Origin: Phoronis australis
Taxonomy: Eukaryota; Animalia; Phoronida
Assembly (NCBI GenBank): GCA_002633005.1
Contig: NMRA01000408.1
Location: 124,001-188,000 of the forward strand
Reading direction: 5' to 3'
DNA length: 64,000 nucleotides
Shown here: piece after piece, positions 42,961-58,100 of the stretch
Position numbering within the stretch: the stretch's first letter is position 1
Layout: each line of letters starts with the position of its first letter
The notes under the pieces: generated by a model
Seen by the model: only the letters and a program-made list of their open reading frames with translations
Told to the model about the DNA's origin: nothing
Databases searched by the model: none
Position numbers and translations under genes: made by a program

Positions 42961-45900
42961 ATGGCTACTCGAAGCAGAAAGGTGCGTGAGTTTGTGGTGA
43001 TTTATAAGTGTTTTGGACAGAGTAGATATGACATTTTAGGATATTAGACTTTCCAAATAGAAGCACTGTGCACGAGATACTCAAAGGTTATTCGCTGACC
43101 AGATTTGCACCTGGAAACGAGTGACGGAGCTCACCGCGGCCTCGCTCGAGTCCACTGCCACTGGCGTTTTAATTTTCTCGAAATAACGGCGTTGGTCTAT
43201 TGAACTGCATAACTTTTCAGATAGATGTTACGGCTTAAATCTATTAGACTACGTCGAATTCATTAAATTTCACGAAGTTTCGTTATTTAAACTAGCAGTG
43301 GCTATCAAGAATTTGGTCCTCGCTCAAAAGTCACCGTAAGCTACTGCCACCTATTGGTTGTTATTTGTAGCTATTTTTTATTTTCTGTCAGATAGAGGAT
43401 GGAAAATACACCTAATTTGTAGAAGAAAAATGTTGCCAAAGAAAACAATTCCACCTGGTTTGAATTACAAGCCAACCCATAATGACACAAGCATTTGCAA
43501 TATAACTTTTTCCCCGGAAATTGTTTCAATTTGTTTCTGTCAAGCCAGTGCTGCCAACAGTTCAGACCGTCGGTGATCATGTATTATAATCTTTTAGTCT
43601 GGTTAGTTATGTATGTCATTGTCACTGCTGTGCTGTTTGAAATGTTTGTGTTGGATGTGACCCTTAACAAATGATGTCATTTTATTTTCTCTAGAGCAAA
43701 AAGGCCTTGGTTATTGGAGGATGTGGATTTCTAGGACGCCATCTGGTGGAGAGACTTTTAGACATTGGTTACAGTGTGAATGTTTTTGACATCAGGACAA
43801 CATTTGAAAATGACAGAGTGAACTTCTTTGTTGGGGATCTCTGCAAGGAAGAGGTGTGATATTTTTCATTCTTTGACATTTTGTCGGCACATACACTTTC
43901 TTGTGACACGACACAAACTGCAGCCCACCTTAACAAGTGTATTAAGAGAACTTTTATTTTCTCGAAAGATCGCAGTGAAGTACATCATTTAGAACTGTTT
44001 CTGTACCTTTTCCGGTTCTTGCACCATGTATTTGCTTTGCACTTTTTTCACTTCTTTAGCTTGCCTCCATTACGGTCACATTCTGGGCTCAGCTATTCAG
44101 AATCCAATTAGTGGGTAATCAAACAATTATCTTTTCATAGGGAACCATGACCATAAACTCTTTGTTAATCCGTGCTCAGTTACATAGTCCAAATGGGGCA
44201 ACTGTATGCCCAGGGATCACTTAGAACTGCTTTCACTGACCTTGAAAGTCAAATTCAAAAAGCCTATTGTGTGTGAACAACACCCACGATTTACAACTGT
44301 CCCAAAAATTGTAGGTCACTATGGGGAACATTTGCTTACCCCTCAAAGCCCAAAATGATTGTGTAATAGTCACATTTCAGCTTTGATTACCCTGGCAATC
44401 AAAATCAGGGACGACTCAGGTTGGTTATATGCCTCCTCACTAATTCTGTTTTGTGCCAAGATTTTTCTTTAAAAGTTTTTATTTGGGAATGAGGGAGCCC
44501 TTGTTCACCTAAGTGTCAAGAGTATAACTAGTCCCTCATATGTTGTGTCAGTTTATTGAATGTGAACAACAATAGTTAGACTTTTTAGGTAAATTATCAT
44601 TAACTTATTGCATTTGAAGTTGAATGGAAAACACGATGAATACTGGCTTTCATCCACTTGAGTAGATAATAAAGAAGAATGAATCAAATACTGGACTTAC
44701 GGATGGAGTTAGCTACATTGCGTCCTCACATGACAGCGTTTTCCCGTTCAGTGACTTTACCAGACGAAGAGGGTTCTGAGCATGTGATAACATCTTGCTT
44801 CTTTGTGAACTGCCAAGCATAGTCTTTTGTCTATTATGACAACAGGCAGGCCAATTATCTACCAGGCTTATTACAGACCACGTGTGAACATCTTCAAACC
44901 CAGAGTGAACTGGTACTTTCGAAAAGAATAGATTATCGTAACTTCGGTTGCAGTTGGGCGATTTTGGCAATTCAAAAACTAAACATGATTACCATTTGAC
45001 GAGGATTTCAGAAATGCTATTGGTTTATGTTCAAATATGTTATAACTTAACAGCATTATAACTTAACAGCACAGCCCAGTCAGGCCAGATACGATCTTAT
45101 TGAAGATTAGAGCAATTATAGAACAAAAGAGAGCTGGCCCTCCAACTATGAATGCCAGAATGGAGTTAATCAGTCATGTAAGATATTGGCTATGCCTGGT
45201 GTAAACTTCCCAACTTGTTGTTGGGCTATAGAACCAAACAAGTGGGGAGCAATGGGAAAATGCCGTAATGATCCCCAGTTTAACTTTGACAGACAAGGGG
45301 TACCAAGAACATGGGATAGGGTGCTGAAGAGTATCCTGCACAAACTGTACTCAGTGTATTGTCAATCACATGATGAGTCACATGACCCTCAGTGGCCTGC
45401 CGAAGTCCTTGGAGTGAGGACACAACCGTGACGTAGCTTAACTCAATCCGTAAGTCCAGTATTTGATTCAATTTTCTGTTATATTGAATGGAAAACAGCT
45501 ACTTGTGAGAAACTGTGATCTGACTTTAGACCTTTCGAACTGATTGTCACATCACTTGTCTGGTTCAACCTGACTATAGTTTTCTATTACATACTTTAGT
45601 TTGTATTGATAACAGAAAGATGGCGCTATGCATCACTGTCATATATCTTCTCACTAGGATCTTTTGCCTGCTGTGGATGGAGTTTATGTCGTCTTCCACT
45701 GTGCCTCTCCACCGCCATCTAGTGACAACAAGGCTCTGTTCTACCGCGTCAACTTTGAAGGAACCAAGAACGTCATAGCTTGCTGCAAGAAGGCTGGAGT
45801 GCAGGTGTGTAGTGCATTGGTTTTCCAATAGATGTCGCCATAACAGCATACTGTCTTTGTATGGTGAAGTGTTGTCCTCTTTTGTAAGAAAGAGTGGAAG

Positions 45901-46083
45901 TTTGAATGAGTTGTTTGCTATTGATAGACAGTAAAATATCAAGTATTGTTATCATATCGTTGCCATATATCTTTTTCGAGATTTGTTAATTACAAAAATA
46001 TAAAAATAATTCAGAAAAATAATTCAGAGGAGTCTGACGTGTATGCTGACAGCATGGTGTCCATTTCCAGAATCGAATCTCTG

Positions 46084-46117
<34 letters not shown>

Positions 46118-49100
46118 TCTTGTGTCTCGGCCCACCAGAATGCATTATAGAGATCATTCATTGTATGTTTCATCCAGTATTTATTTAACATTATATCTCT
46201 CAAAAAAGGTCACAAAATTCATGTCCCCTTCATCTATTACCAGCGAGCTGGGGGTTGTCTTTAAATTTTTATTTTCAAAAAATGTTGAACTTAGTTGAAC
46301 TGATGTCATGGAAAAGTCCTTATCAAATAACACGTAAATTGCTTAATAATTTGCTGCGAAAGTTTGTTTTATGGTGCTACATGCCAATTTTGTCAATTAT
46401 TTTTTATCAATTGCTGAAACATTGCTATGCATATAAATTCTCAGATCGAGAGTATGTGTTGTCTTGGAGTTGAAGTGTTGCTAAAGTATGACTTAGTTAT
46501 ATAGTGTGACCTAGTTATAAAGTGTGATCTGGTTATAAAGTGTGACCTAGTTATGTTTTACACCAGAGACTAGTATTGACAAGCTCAGCCAGTGTCATCT
46601 ATGAAGGAACTGACATCAAAAATGGTACAGAGAGTATGCCATATGCTTCCAAGCCTATCGACTACTACACAGAGACGAAGATTCTACAGGAAAAGGTAGG
46701 TTGACTGCCGTGAATTCTCATCTGTTAGTTTAGTTTATGGATTCTCGCTTATAGGACGCACCCTTTGAACTGCTTGAAATCTGTGATATTCAAAATTGAA
46801 CTACCCGTAACATGAAATAAGTGAGGGCTATAGCCCTCCCCAGCCCCCTATGGTGCGCCCCCATGCATGAGATGTGGTAAGAAGTCAAGGACCGCCATAT
46901 TTGCACTGAAAGCACTGTGACGTGTCTTTATCCAAAATTAGTGATATGGTTTTTTCAAAAATATTTTACTCGAGTGATGCAAACATATGCAGTAAAATGT
47001 GACCAATTTTGGACTAAAATAATTGCCATATTGCACTTTCATCCTTTTTCAGAGCTTCCAATGCTCTTATGAATATCCACAATTTTTCAAAATATTCTGA
47101 CTTGTTGGTTAAAGCTATGGTACAAAATGTAGATAAGGCAAAACATCATTCCTGTACCGTACATGATTTATGATAAAATGATAAAGTCAAATTTCACCTG
47201 TCCACCACATTGTGTGCTTAATGGATGAGACTTTACCTTAGGTTCGTGTACATAAGCCGCCCTTCAAGGTGTGGACGGTTATCCCTAGTATATTTGGAAG
47301 CCTTAAATGTTGTCAGTATTTTCTGTTGTTTTCTAAATGCTGTTCGACTGAATACGTGTCGGCGTCTATAGTTTTGTAATGTACCAGTTAAGCTTTACCA
47401 GCATGCCATTTTTAAAAGAACTTCCTTTAAGATTACTACTGAAGTGTTTCACGTATAGGGATGGCTGACATTAATGTCGTCTAAAACGTTGCATTTTTTG
47501 TCTTCTGCTGCTAAATGTTGTCCACCAAATACGCTATTGCTATCTTATGTAACTTAGTGCTAGAATGTGACCGCTATTTTGGGGTCGTCTGTATGAAAAT
47601 CTAAGCAAATTATTCCTCAGCAATGAAGTTCTGTGCATTCAGCTTTTGTTGAAAATATTTTGCAAACAAATGAGAGTATCAGGGGTCGCTAATAAATGGT
47701 CTCTGGATAGATAGATTTTTTTGTTGGATGGGATAGATTTCTTGAATTTGTTAGCTTTGACAAGAGCTGTAAAGCAACAAAATTTGTTTTTTGTATGTTA
47801 AATATTACAACTTGCCAAGTCTAGCTATTGTTTTACATTTGTTGAAATCAAGAGATTGGTGACTTTACAAATTAAATATGCTCAAGGTTAAGCGAGGATC
47901 TTATTGACTAGTGTGTGGAATTAGCCAAATGTCTGCAAACCTAGTAGATTTTAACTTTGTAAAAGTGCATATTTTCTGAAAGTAAAAAGCTTGTAGAATT
48001 TTATTTTTGACTGTACGAATCTATTCTTAATTGTGCTATGTGACCATTGTGCTTTTAGCAAAAAAGAAGGGAACGTTCATAGCAAAACATCGGTATCAGT
48101 GATGTGATCAAATTTCAACATAAATCTTCAAGATGCCTTGTTAAAAATACTGTTACAGTTTCGTAAATTACCATTTCATTTTTTTGTTTTATGCAAATTT
48201 TGATTCATAAAAGTCATAGATGTCCTATTTTTGTCAGCCTTTCGTGCAAAAGTGAAAATTAAAAAAATCCTAGCAGTATTTTGTAGAACAGTGTATAAAG
48301 CATAGTATTTGAAAGTTTCATTTTATGAATTATATCAGTCACTTCAGAGATACGATGTTCTGAAGATGATTCAAATTTGGACATTTTACTAGGATCCTAC
48401 GTAAGCTTGAAATACAACTGTGCAGTATAATTAAATCAGTGGAATTTGGCTTCACCAGCAGAGTGTTACACAGGAGGTGTAGGTTGATCTCAGAAAATCA
48501 CTTCTATCGCCAATAGCAACTCTTAAAAACATCCTGTTTAAGCCTAGTGTTAATAACATGGATTGGACCTCATAATTTTTTGAAATGAAATAACGCTCTG
48601 TTGACCTGATCAACCCTCGAAAGTTTGGAGTAAGGTTGAAAACTACGGGAGTCTTCACATGTTGGCATTTGTCACTAACGCTCTGCAGCTGTGTTGAAAG
48701 ACTGCCTACCTGAAAAAACAAGATCCACTAGAAGGTGCAATAAGGGAGTGTCTTAGCTGAAAAATCTCGTTATCTCTCAGCGCAGGTAATAACTCAATTG
48801 TTCATGACAGTTTTTGTTTTATCTGAAACGATCAAAACCAAGCACCTTTTCAAATTACCTCGTGACGATCAAATTTCATAGGCCATTATCTCTTTAGCGA
48901 TAATTGGTGTTTGTTTACATCTTGTCTGAGGCTAATCCATTTAAATGTTGGCAAAACTATATACAAGGTAATTAATTCACCATTTATTAGATGAACTATC
49001 TTTTTTCACTTCTTCAACTAAATTTGTGACCATTAAAGTGTAGAAGAGGTTGTAGTGTTTTGTAATCAGAATGTTACAGGGTTACTTATTAGATAGAAAA

Positions 49101-52100
49101 CCATCTCCCATCTGTTTATTTATTTTAGGATTAAATATCATACTGAGTNATTGTCAAACTATTTATTATGTCTCCTGAGTGATTATTGCATGGCGTGTCA
49201 TCATGACTGGATTTTCAGGCGCACCTGTTTCTTGTGCAGGGAGTGGACAAAAAATGATAGTCCTCTGATTTACATTTTTTCAAATACTGAATTTTTTGTC
49301 AAAAATACATCAAAGGCTTCTTTGATGGTGAATTTGGCTTCCGTGAAGTCATCATTAGAAGGAATTCCGGGAATTCTGTGTCATTTTTTAAAATATTTTC
49401 AGCTTGTGCTGTACAAAGTAGTGACAGTGCATTAACTTAATATCAATGTTCATTAGCAGCATGTTGTGAACAACTTAATTATCATGTTACATAATGGCTT
49501 ATTGCCTTTATACTAAATTTTTTGGTGCCACACTGAAAGCCATGAAAGTTTTCTACTATAAAATAAATATACTTTTAAATCACTCAGTTTCAGTGTTTTT
49601 TCGATTTCACTTAGTGGACGTTACTTAACAATAGTGTATAAGGTAGACACTTGCGTACAATTCAGTCATCGCGAAATTATTATCGTGAACAAAACCATTA
49701 ATCAAAATACACAATCCATGTTTATCCATGAGGAAGATTGTCCTTGTGAACATTTCATTTCAGCGCTTCTTTCCAAAATGTCATGAAGTTTGATCAGCTA
49801 TAGGATAGCTTTTTCATTTCCTTAGCTTTCCAGTAATACCTGCCATGACAGGCACACGTCAGGAAGCTGCTATGACGGTCAGTTCCACTTACACTCAACC
49901 CTCATGGCCGAGAATTCTGCTTACGCTCAGTGATGATGCGGAGCAATGAGTCCTTTTGAACAACGAGTCATTTTGAACAATGAGTCATTTTGAACAATGA
50001 GTCATTTTTGAACGAGTCATTTTTGAACGAGTCATTTTTGAACGAGTCATTTTGAACGAGTCGTTTTGAATATTTTGCCTCCTGTTTTCTGTTGGCTTGT
50101 ACTGTAATTGTCGTAAATGAAACTCATTTTTGGGTAAAGACTGAAAATCAATTAAAACAGTGCTTTGTCAATAGTTAAAATATTTGTTTGACCATTACTA
50201 AAACGTATTAAAATGTTAACATGTGATTTATTCCACCAAAACTTGGCTCCATAATTTTATGTTACTGGGCTAACAGGTGAACAATATAGTACAGAACAGT
50301 AAGTTTATTACGGTCACTTTATATCAGTAGCTCATTCATTAACGTTGTGTATTTGTTATAAAGTTTTCAAATTCATCTTCTTGCATACCACTGTTTAAAT
50401 TTTGATGAAATAAAATTTTGCTGTTCCACTATATTGTGTTATAATTTTTTAGGAAACTTTATGGTAACCCAAGTTTTAGTAATTCATTGGTGTTGCAGCA
50501 ACCATTGTACTATATCAGGTGTTGTTCCTGCCATGTTTTGCATATTTCTCTGATACAATACTTTGCTGGACCTGGTCATCATCTCTTAATACCCTTTTTA
50601 TTAAAGTATTCTTTACCGTTTTGCTTATTTTAATTAACAAATTCCTGCTTTTGGACCTTTCAGACCTTTTGGACGATAAAATTATAAACACGCATCTTAG
50701 GTGGACTGATAACTGTGTTTGACCAGGAATTAAAGCTTGGTTATTTTCACAGGTTCTTCTTGGGTGTAACTGCCCTTTAATTAAAAGTTTATTGCTCACC
50801 TAAAAATATTTTTTGTAGTTTGCATGTTCTAAATATTGTTATTGGGAGATATGTCTATTCGGCAGGATTAAATCTATTCAGTAATATTACAATTGGCCTC
50901 CCATATGGTCATGATAAGAAAGAAAATATTAAAAATCTATTGAAAAATATGGTATAAGAAAAATTATTTGTGCAAATAAACATTAACAAGAAATTCGACA
51001 TAAGTGAGTGAATGACTCTACAGTTATAGGAATATTAAAATTATGAAATATTACCCAGGTACCTGGACTTGAATGTATTAATACCATTACTTTGACAGGT
51101 CGTCAGATTCAAGATTATTCCATGGCAACGCAACATAGTGGAAAAGATAGTTTAACCAAAATTTGTTCTGGTTTTATGAATATGTATATTGCCACTGTCA
51201 CGAGACCTAGTTTTTCTTTTATGAACCTGATTTACTAATTTTATTTTGTCACAAAGGTAATCAGGTGCTATGCCATGGACACACTTGAACTGTACACACG
51301 TCCAGTTCGAGTCTGCTCAAGGTTTAGAGTTGAAACTTGTATATTTGTTAGCTTACAATAGTTTGTGCAGCCGAGTTTTGCACTTTTTTTAAAACTGAAT
51401 CTGAGACCATTATTACAAAAGCATCACAGCGTTCTAAATGAGGCAAGACTAAGGCTGTGTACAATATATTTTAGAGCGTCAAGATCCAAAAACTTAATCT
51501 TTTGAGAAGTTTGATTTTCTGATACAGTTTAGAACAAATGAAATCTACCTGTCCATCCCAGGTAATATGTTTATCCAGAAAAAACTAATAATTTCATTTC
51601 ATATTACTGACACACTCCAGAGAGCAATTAGAAACTGACACATCATGGGGCCTTACAAATTTGAACTTCTGGTGAAAAAGAAACATATTTTAAGAGTAGT
51701 GTCTTGGACTTTTTAACAGGAGAGACATGAGACAAGTTGTTAAGAGCAAATTCAACTTACTTTCAACTTTGAATGACCATTTGTAAAACAAAGCAGTATC
51801 ATACGTTGTAGATGACATTAATATCAGTAAGAAAATTGTAAATATTTTGATCATTTTGACAAATTTTTGCATCTTTATACTCTTTTTTCATATTTTTCCT
51901 GATGTTTTTCCTTGTAGGTGGCAATTTGAATTAAATTATTGATATAATTTTTCTGACTTAGTGCAGCAAATTCTGCCTCACTGGGCATGGCTTTGTAGAC
52001 AGATGTCATTGCCACCTACCATACCCTTTTTAGCCTGAGTATCCAGATGGTCTGACATACACCGCAGTGGATCAGTCTGTTTTCTAAAAACAGTTTTTTT

Positions 52101-55100
52101 GCAAAATTGTCTAGATTATTTGGCTATTTTCACTGTTGCACCTGACTGTTGTTTTGTTGTGAATTGACATAGTTGTATCCCTTGTCATGCACTGTGTTTT
52201 TCTTATAGTATTGCTAGTTTGGTAAATGCTTCTTGTATTCTAAGGTTAACTGTGGGCGGGACCTTATCGACGTAGGACCGTGTATTATGCCAAATGTTGA
52301 CAAACCTGTGGATTTTAATGGAGTCAGTAAAAGTGTGTCTATTTTTTTAAAGTAGAAACCCAATGTACAATTTGATGTTTGACTTTATACCAATCTGCCG
52401 TAAATTTGGTTGCCCCGTCTTTTTAGAAAAATTTAACAAAAATGTGGTACATCTACAGCAAAGTAACAATATCAATAACATGAACAAAGTAACAATATCA
52501 ATAACATGAACAAAGTAACAATATCAATAACATGAACAAAGTAACAATATCAATAACATGAACAAATAATTGTTTTGTTTGATATAAATGTTTGAGAAGA
52601 AATCTCAAAAGTTCTGTGTCATTTTTGTTTCATGCAACTTCAGTTGTTTCATACAAATCATAATAAAAGTCCTAGTTTTGATATCCCCTCAGTGCAAAAG
52701 TGTACCATTTTAAAAACAGATCCCATAGTAACAGCTTTGTGGAGAACGTGCATAAGGCATGGTATCTGAGACGTGATGTTCTGAAATTTGCCAATTTTGA
52801 ACAAATTTCTATGGTCCTAAATCCAAAAGATATGATTTTTTACATTCTAGTGGCGTTCTTATATTTCTAGATAAAAACAATAAATGGTGTCATTTCTATT
52901 GTGCACAACCCAACTAGTCAGCTGGCTGACTTCACACCAGGAGTCTACTTTTGTGTGCTCCCTAAGTTTAATTTATTTTGTTTGTCTATGTTATAAATTC
53001 ATATTGCAGTTCCCTCATATCATCAACTGTTTGCATTTTTATTCATTGCTACGCCGCATTACATAATACAACAATTCTATCGGTGTCCTGATCCAGTCCT
53101 TTACATTTCAGCAATAATGTCCACAAATCTATCTAGCATCTTGTACTAATTACGCTTGGAAGCAAAAACTCAGGTATCCCTTTGATGAAGTTTGTCTGTT
53201 TACACTGCGATAACATGCCATGGTGGGATGACAGCCAGTAGATTATGATGTATTCTTGTTATTTATCTGTTACATCTTCGCATTATCCATATTTTGGGGC
53301 ACTAATTTGCATAATACATCAACAGGAATTGTGATTTAGGCCCCGGAACATGCATGGCTCAGAGTTTTCCTTCATAAAAGTGCAATCTCAGTTCTAACTT
53401 GTTCATTCCGGCATTTTAAGACGAACGATTAATAGGAAATTACGACTTGCAATGAACATGTATTTCAATGCGTCTGAATGCTGGATTTCCAGGATGGCCA
53501 CTGTCACTATTTTCTATTTGAGACGTGGAATTTTCATAGCGTAATTTATAAAAATCGGTTAAAAACTCAACCAGTGGTTGCCGGGATCTTATAACTTAAA
53601 GCAGTGCTGTTGCAATGTACATTAATTATAGCGGTGCCAGGTTTGTGTCAGCATTTTTGTGTCTCATTCTGGCACCTGTCACCATCATCTCGTCGTGTCC
53701 CACGCAGTGTATGTGCAACAACGGCAGAGTCGTGTGCCAGCAAGGAATCAGTGGCATCCCTGTTGGCATTCCTGTTGACGTCATGGCTCTGGTGCTGATG
53801 GGAACTAACAGGGAACCCAACAGAATATTCACCATCACTGAAGATGCCTTACTCCCGTTTACAGACCTGATGGAACTTTATTTGGCACATAGCCAAGTGC
53901 AGGTGATTGAGTTCAGCGCATTTCACGAGTTGAAGTTTCTGCGACGACTGCGACTCAACGATAACCAAATTACCACCTTTCATACAAAGACCTTTAATGG
54001 TTTGAACAACTTGTCTGAACTATACCTCAGTGGAAATCCTGTTGGCACCATTGAGCCAGGAACTTTTATTGGGCTCAAAAACCTGGCAAAGCTGTATCTC
54101 AGCTCCATGGAACTCAAAAGTTTAAGTGATGATTTGTTCACAGATTTGGAGTCATTAGTACTTTTAGACTTGAACTCTAATAACTTGAAATCATTATCCT
54201 CAAAAACGTTTGTTTCATTGAAGTTACTGGCGTTCTTGGACCTATCGTATAACTCTTTGATAACGATACCTCAGAACATGAATTCTGTGTTCTCCAATCT
54301 GCAGTATCTTTACTTAAGTGGAAATCGATGGCACTGTAACTGCCATTTAGCCTGGTTCAAGACATTACCGAGTGGTTTCTTGTTCGATGGTTCTCATTAT
54401 GAAGTCGTCTGCAATTCTCCAGCCAGTCTACAATATCATACCATACATCACTTGCCTGTGGCTGATTTTAAATGCTTTCCACCCGCCGCCATTGATTGTA
54501 AAAGAAAGATACACCGAGCCACAGTTGGCAACAATGTAACTATGGGGTGCACAGTTCAAGGGGACCCAACTCCCGAAATGTGGTGGATTACGGCTGATAA
54601 TGTCAAGGTCACACTGACAAGTGGCGTAGTTGGGAACTACGTCTTGCTGGAAAATGGAACTCTTCTGGTGCACGATGTCCAAGCTGTAAATGGTGGAGTT
54701 TATTCCTTGCGTGCAATAAATTCTGAAGGATCCCTCGAACTGAATTTAATTTTAAATGTGACTGAGTTGCCTACTGCAGTAACAACAACTACCTCAGACT
54801 TATCAACTGTAGTCTTTGAAACAACATCTGTCACTGTGGGTAGAGCAACCAGTGTTCAAGCAAAACACAATGTACTGAATACTACTGTGTCATTATCGTC
54901 TGCTCAAGCAAGTTCTTCAACAGAACGTGTTTCATTTGGAGACAAAACTACTGTGCCACAACCCTCAGCGCCCTCTGTGGGAACAGAAGAACCTGATAGC
55001 TCACTCGTACTCGGAATCTTAATTCCTCTCCTTTTAATTATTCTCGGATTGCTTCTGGGCATTGTTGTTTACAAAAAGGTTTTAAGAAAAAACAAAATTA

Positions 55101-58100
55101 GCATGTCTCCAAGTACTAACGGAAACACCACAATACGGAATAGTTGTGGTAATAGTCTGCCCAATGTTCCTGCTGGTTCCAGTGACATCTATGTTTAATT
55201 TGGTGACGGTTTTTGTCCTAAACACATGTTTTTAATCAAAACTTATTAACTCACATCATTTGAGGAAATTGTACTCTTGGCATTACTTTGTGCGAGCATT
55301 CTGATGGTCCTGGTTTTACACAGCTGTTGGGAAATAATTATCTGTGTAAAAGTCTGAAAGTGTGAAATTTGACTGCTTTAAAAACTTGGGCAATAGTGTC
55401 CCAAAATTGTGTAATGCTTTCACGAACTTGTTTCCTAGAAGCTAAATCAGTTATGAAAGGAATATCATAATATAACATTGATTGAAGGTAAGCCCATTTA
55501 TTATGACAGAAATATAAAGAATTTAAAATGTGTACCAGTGAACTTGTGTTGCATGTTCTTATGAAACAGCAGTGTTTTTATTCGATTGTTTTGTGTTTTA
55601 CCGTTTTATCTTTGCGTGTATTTTGTGATAATGTAATTACTACACAACTTTGATTTGGTGGGGGGGGGTTAGCGCCAACTATGAACTGTTTATATAAGTT
55701 GTTGATAGTGTTTCCCCAATTCTATTTTTGTGTTCACTCAGGTCTGTTCAGGGAGAATATTTAAAGAATACTATTAATAACAACAAGGTTACTATCATTT
55801 GATTTGTAGTAACTCAGACGCCCGTTAATAACATTCTTATCTTCATCAGAAAGGTTTTCATATTCAAAATTCTGTATACTTAACGATGTTCGAGTAATAA
55901 ATACATGTTACATAATTTATAATTACTTTTAATTTGTACTATTAAAAAAGCAAAAAATGTCTATCTTTCTTGTTATCAGTAAAAAATTTATAGCAGGTGT
56001 ATCACAATGATTTCTAATCTAGGTGCATCCCAAATTTGTATTATTTCATGTGTTTAAAAGTATTTAACCTATGAAGGCAAACATGTGTCCTGAATCACCT
56101 GGTAGGTTCACCGGATGTTTTTCAAAACCTTCAAGCATAAATCTGCTTGCTTGCACAGGTCATGTCAGAGTGAAGTGTTCTGTTTAGATTTATAATCCTT
56201 CAACAAACAGTGCTACTCAGAACAACCATAATGATAGCAGTCTTATAGAGTGGCATCACCGACAATTTACAGAACAACCATAATGATAGCAGTCTTGTAG
56301 TGTGGCGTCACCAACATTTACAATTAAACATGAAGACTTATTTTTTGCTTTTTTCTGTGTGCAGTCCCTAAACCCAACATGTGCAGCAGGAGAAGTTAAG
56401 GTGAAAGAGACATTAAGTTCATTGATTAGCGCAGGAGTTAATATGTGGGGCAAGGTGGAGTTGATCAGTGGGTTTAACCACAGTAGCAATAACTAAAAGG
56501 AGTTGACAATTGGAATTACATATAGAATGGGGCTATTACTAGATTTTCTAAATGCATGCCTTAGTTAATTGGATGTTTTGGAGAAGCATCAATAAAATAA
56601 TGAAACAATACAATAACTGTATGCGTTTGCATAAACCGTAACTATATTTTTGAGAATATTCCTGGCTGATGAAAGATAAACCCCGTTGTCATTGGTGATA
56701 CTCAGATGTTCAGTTTGCTTAAGAAGATAAACTGGCAACTGAAACTGTATAAAACAACATGAACAATACCAAAGATGGATTGGTAGTTACAGGAATTATT
56801 GTTAATTTCCACATAAGCAGTTTCGCGTTTCCGTAAGTTCGAGCTTGTCTTGACTGCAATAGATTGGTGTTTCATCAAAATTGGACAAGCTTAGAAACCG
56901 TGAAATATAATTAATTTTTCACCATCTGAAATGACTGAGATTTCACCTTAAAGACAGCTTTGTACTGTATACGAGTATCAAGTTAACGTATTTAAGGTCA
57001 TGCACTGACATTCGAAGTTGTGCCTTTCCGAAACTATGCACATGCACTTATACACAAACTATTGGAATAAAAACCATGCTTGAAGGAGATTCTTCATATA
57101 TAGGCGTGTTCCATTTGTATTTTAAAAGTTTTCTCTGCTTGTTGGCTTGTGGAATGTAGTGAAGAATCTTGCGACTGGTGTAGCCTGGCTCGCATATTCT
57201 GCCTAGACTTACTACATTGTGTATTTTGTTTGGAATTTAATTCTGAACACTTTATTTTTCATTTAAAAACTGTTGGCATTTTTACTGGTTCAAAAAACAT
57301 GGTTTAAGTCGGTCACTTTCTTTTAATTTACTTCAAAACTTACCGAGGTCTGGATCAATTAGTAACTTGATCATCCGTTACAAAATAATATGAAACTATT
57401 GAAACCAATCTTGCAATAATTAGTCACTGACATGTACTATGACCTTTACAATTGCCACCTTAAAATTCTTAAGTTTAGGATGCATGGTGGACAGGTGAAA
57501 TTTCACTTGATCAAATTTCTCAACAGAAGTAATTTTTTAGGAAATATACCTTCTTTTTAGCGCAGTTTGTATAGTTTGGCTGTTACCATAACAACATTTG
57601 GTCAAAAGAAGATTTGCAACAATGTGGTAAGCCTCTGAAAAATAGAAGTATGTCAATCATGCAGTATTTACAGACCTTGCTACACCAAGACTAGGCTAGG
57701 CCAGGTGCTATACCCCAGGTGGTCTCTTAGGACCTCCAAGGAGTTGTGTGACCAACTTAGCCTTTTGATAAGGAGACTACAACCCCTTTGTTAGAAAATA
57801 GTGTAACTAATTATTTCCACTAGATCAAGTTTATTGCATTGGATATACAAAGGGTGTGGTAATGTACTGTCTGCAGGTGATGAGAGCAAGTGGGGTGTAA
57901 CAGTACTTCACAAAGTCAGACGCAGACTGGGAACTGAACCATGCAAATGCACAACAGCGCTATCTATTGGCAGTGGCATTGCAATTTTAGTTCTATATTA
58001 TACGTGTCTGGAAAGACGCTGACATTGTGGCTTGTATTTGTAAATCTTTGAATGGAGACAAAAATAAGATTTATCTATTTTGCTACCTCGTTCTGTAGGC

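Noticed and set aside
49945-50070. CRISPR-like array (also 52459-52566 and 63897-64000)
   Set aside because: Head-to-tail units without unique spacers, no cas genes, eukaryotic context: minisatellites.
47047-57650. Inverted repeats (AAATTTCACCTGTCCACCA at ~47189, reverse complement at ~57485) as ends of a transposon that carried in the LRR-Ig gene
   Set aside because: Similarity extends outward, away from the LRR gene, and the apparent termini face inward, so they look like two independent fragments of one repeat family.
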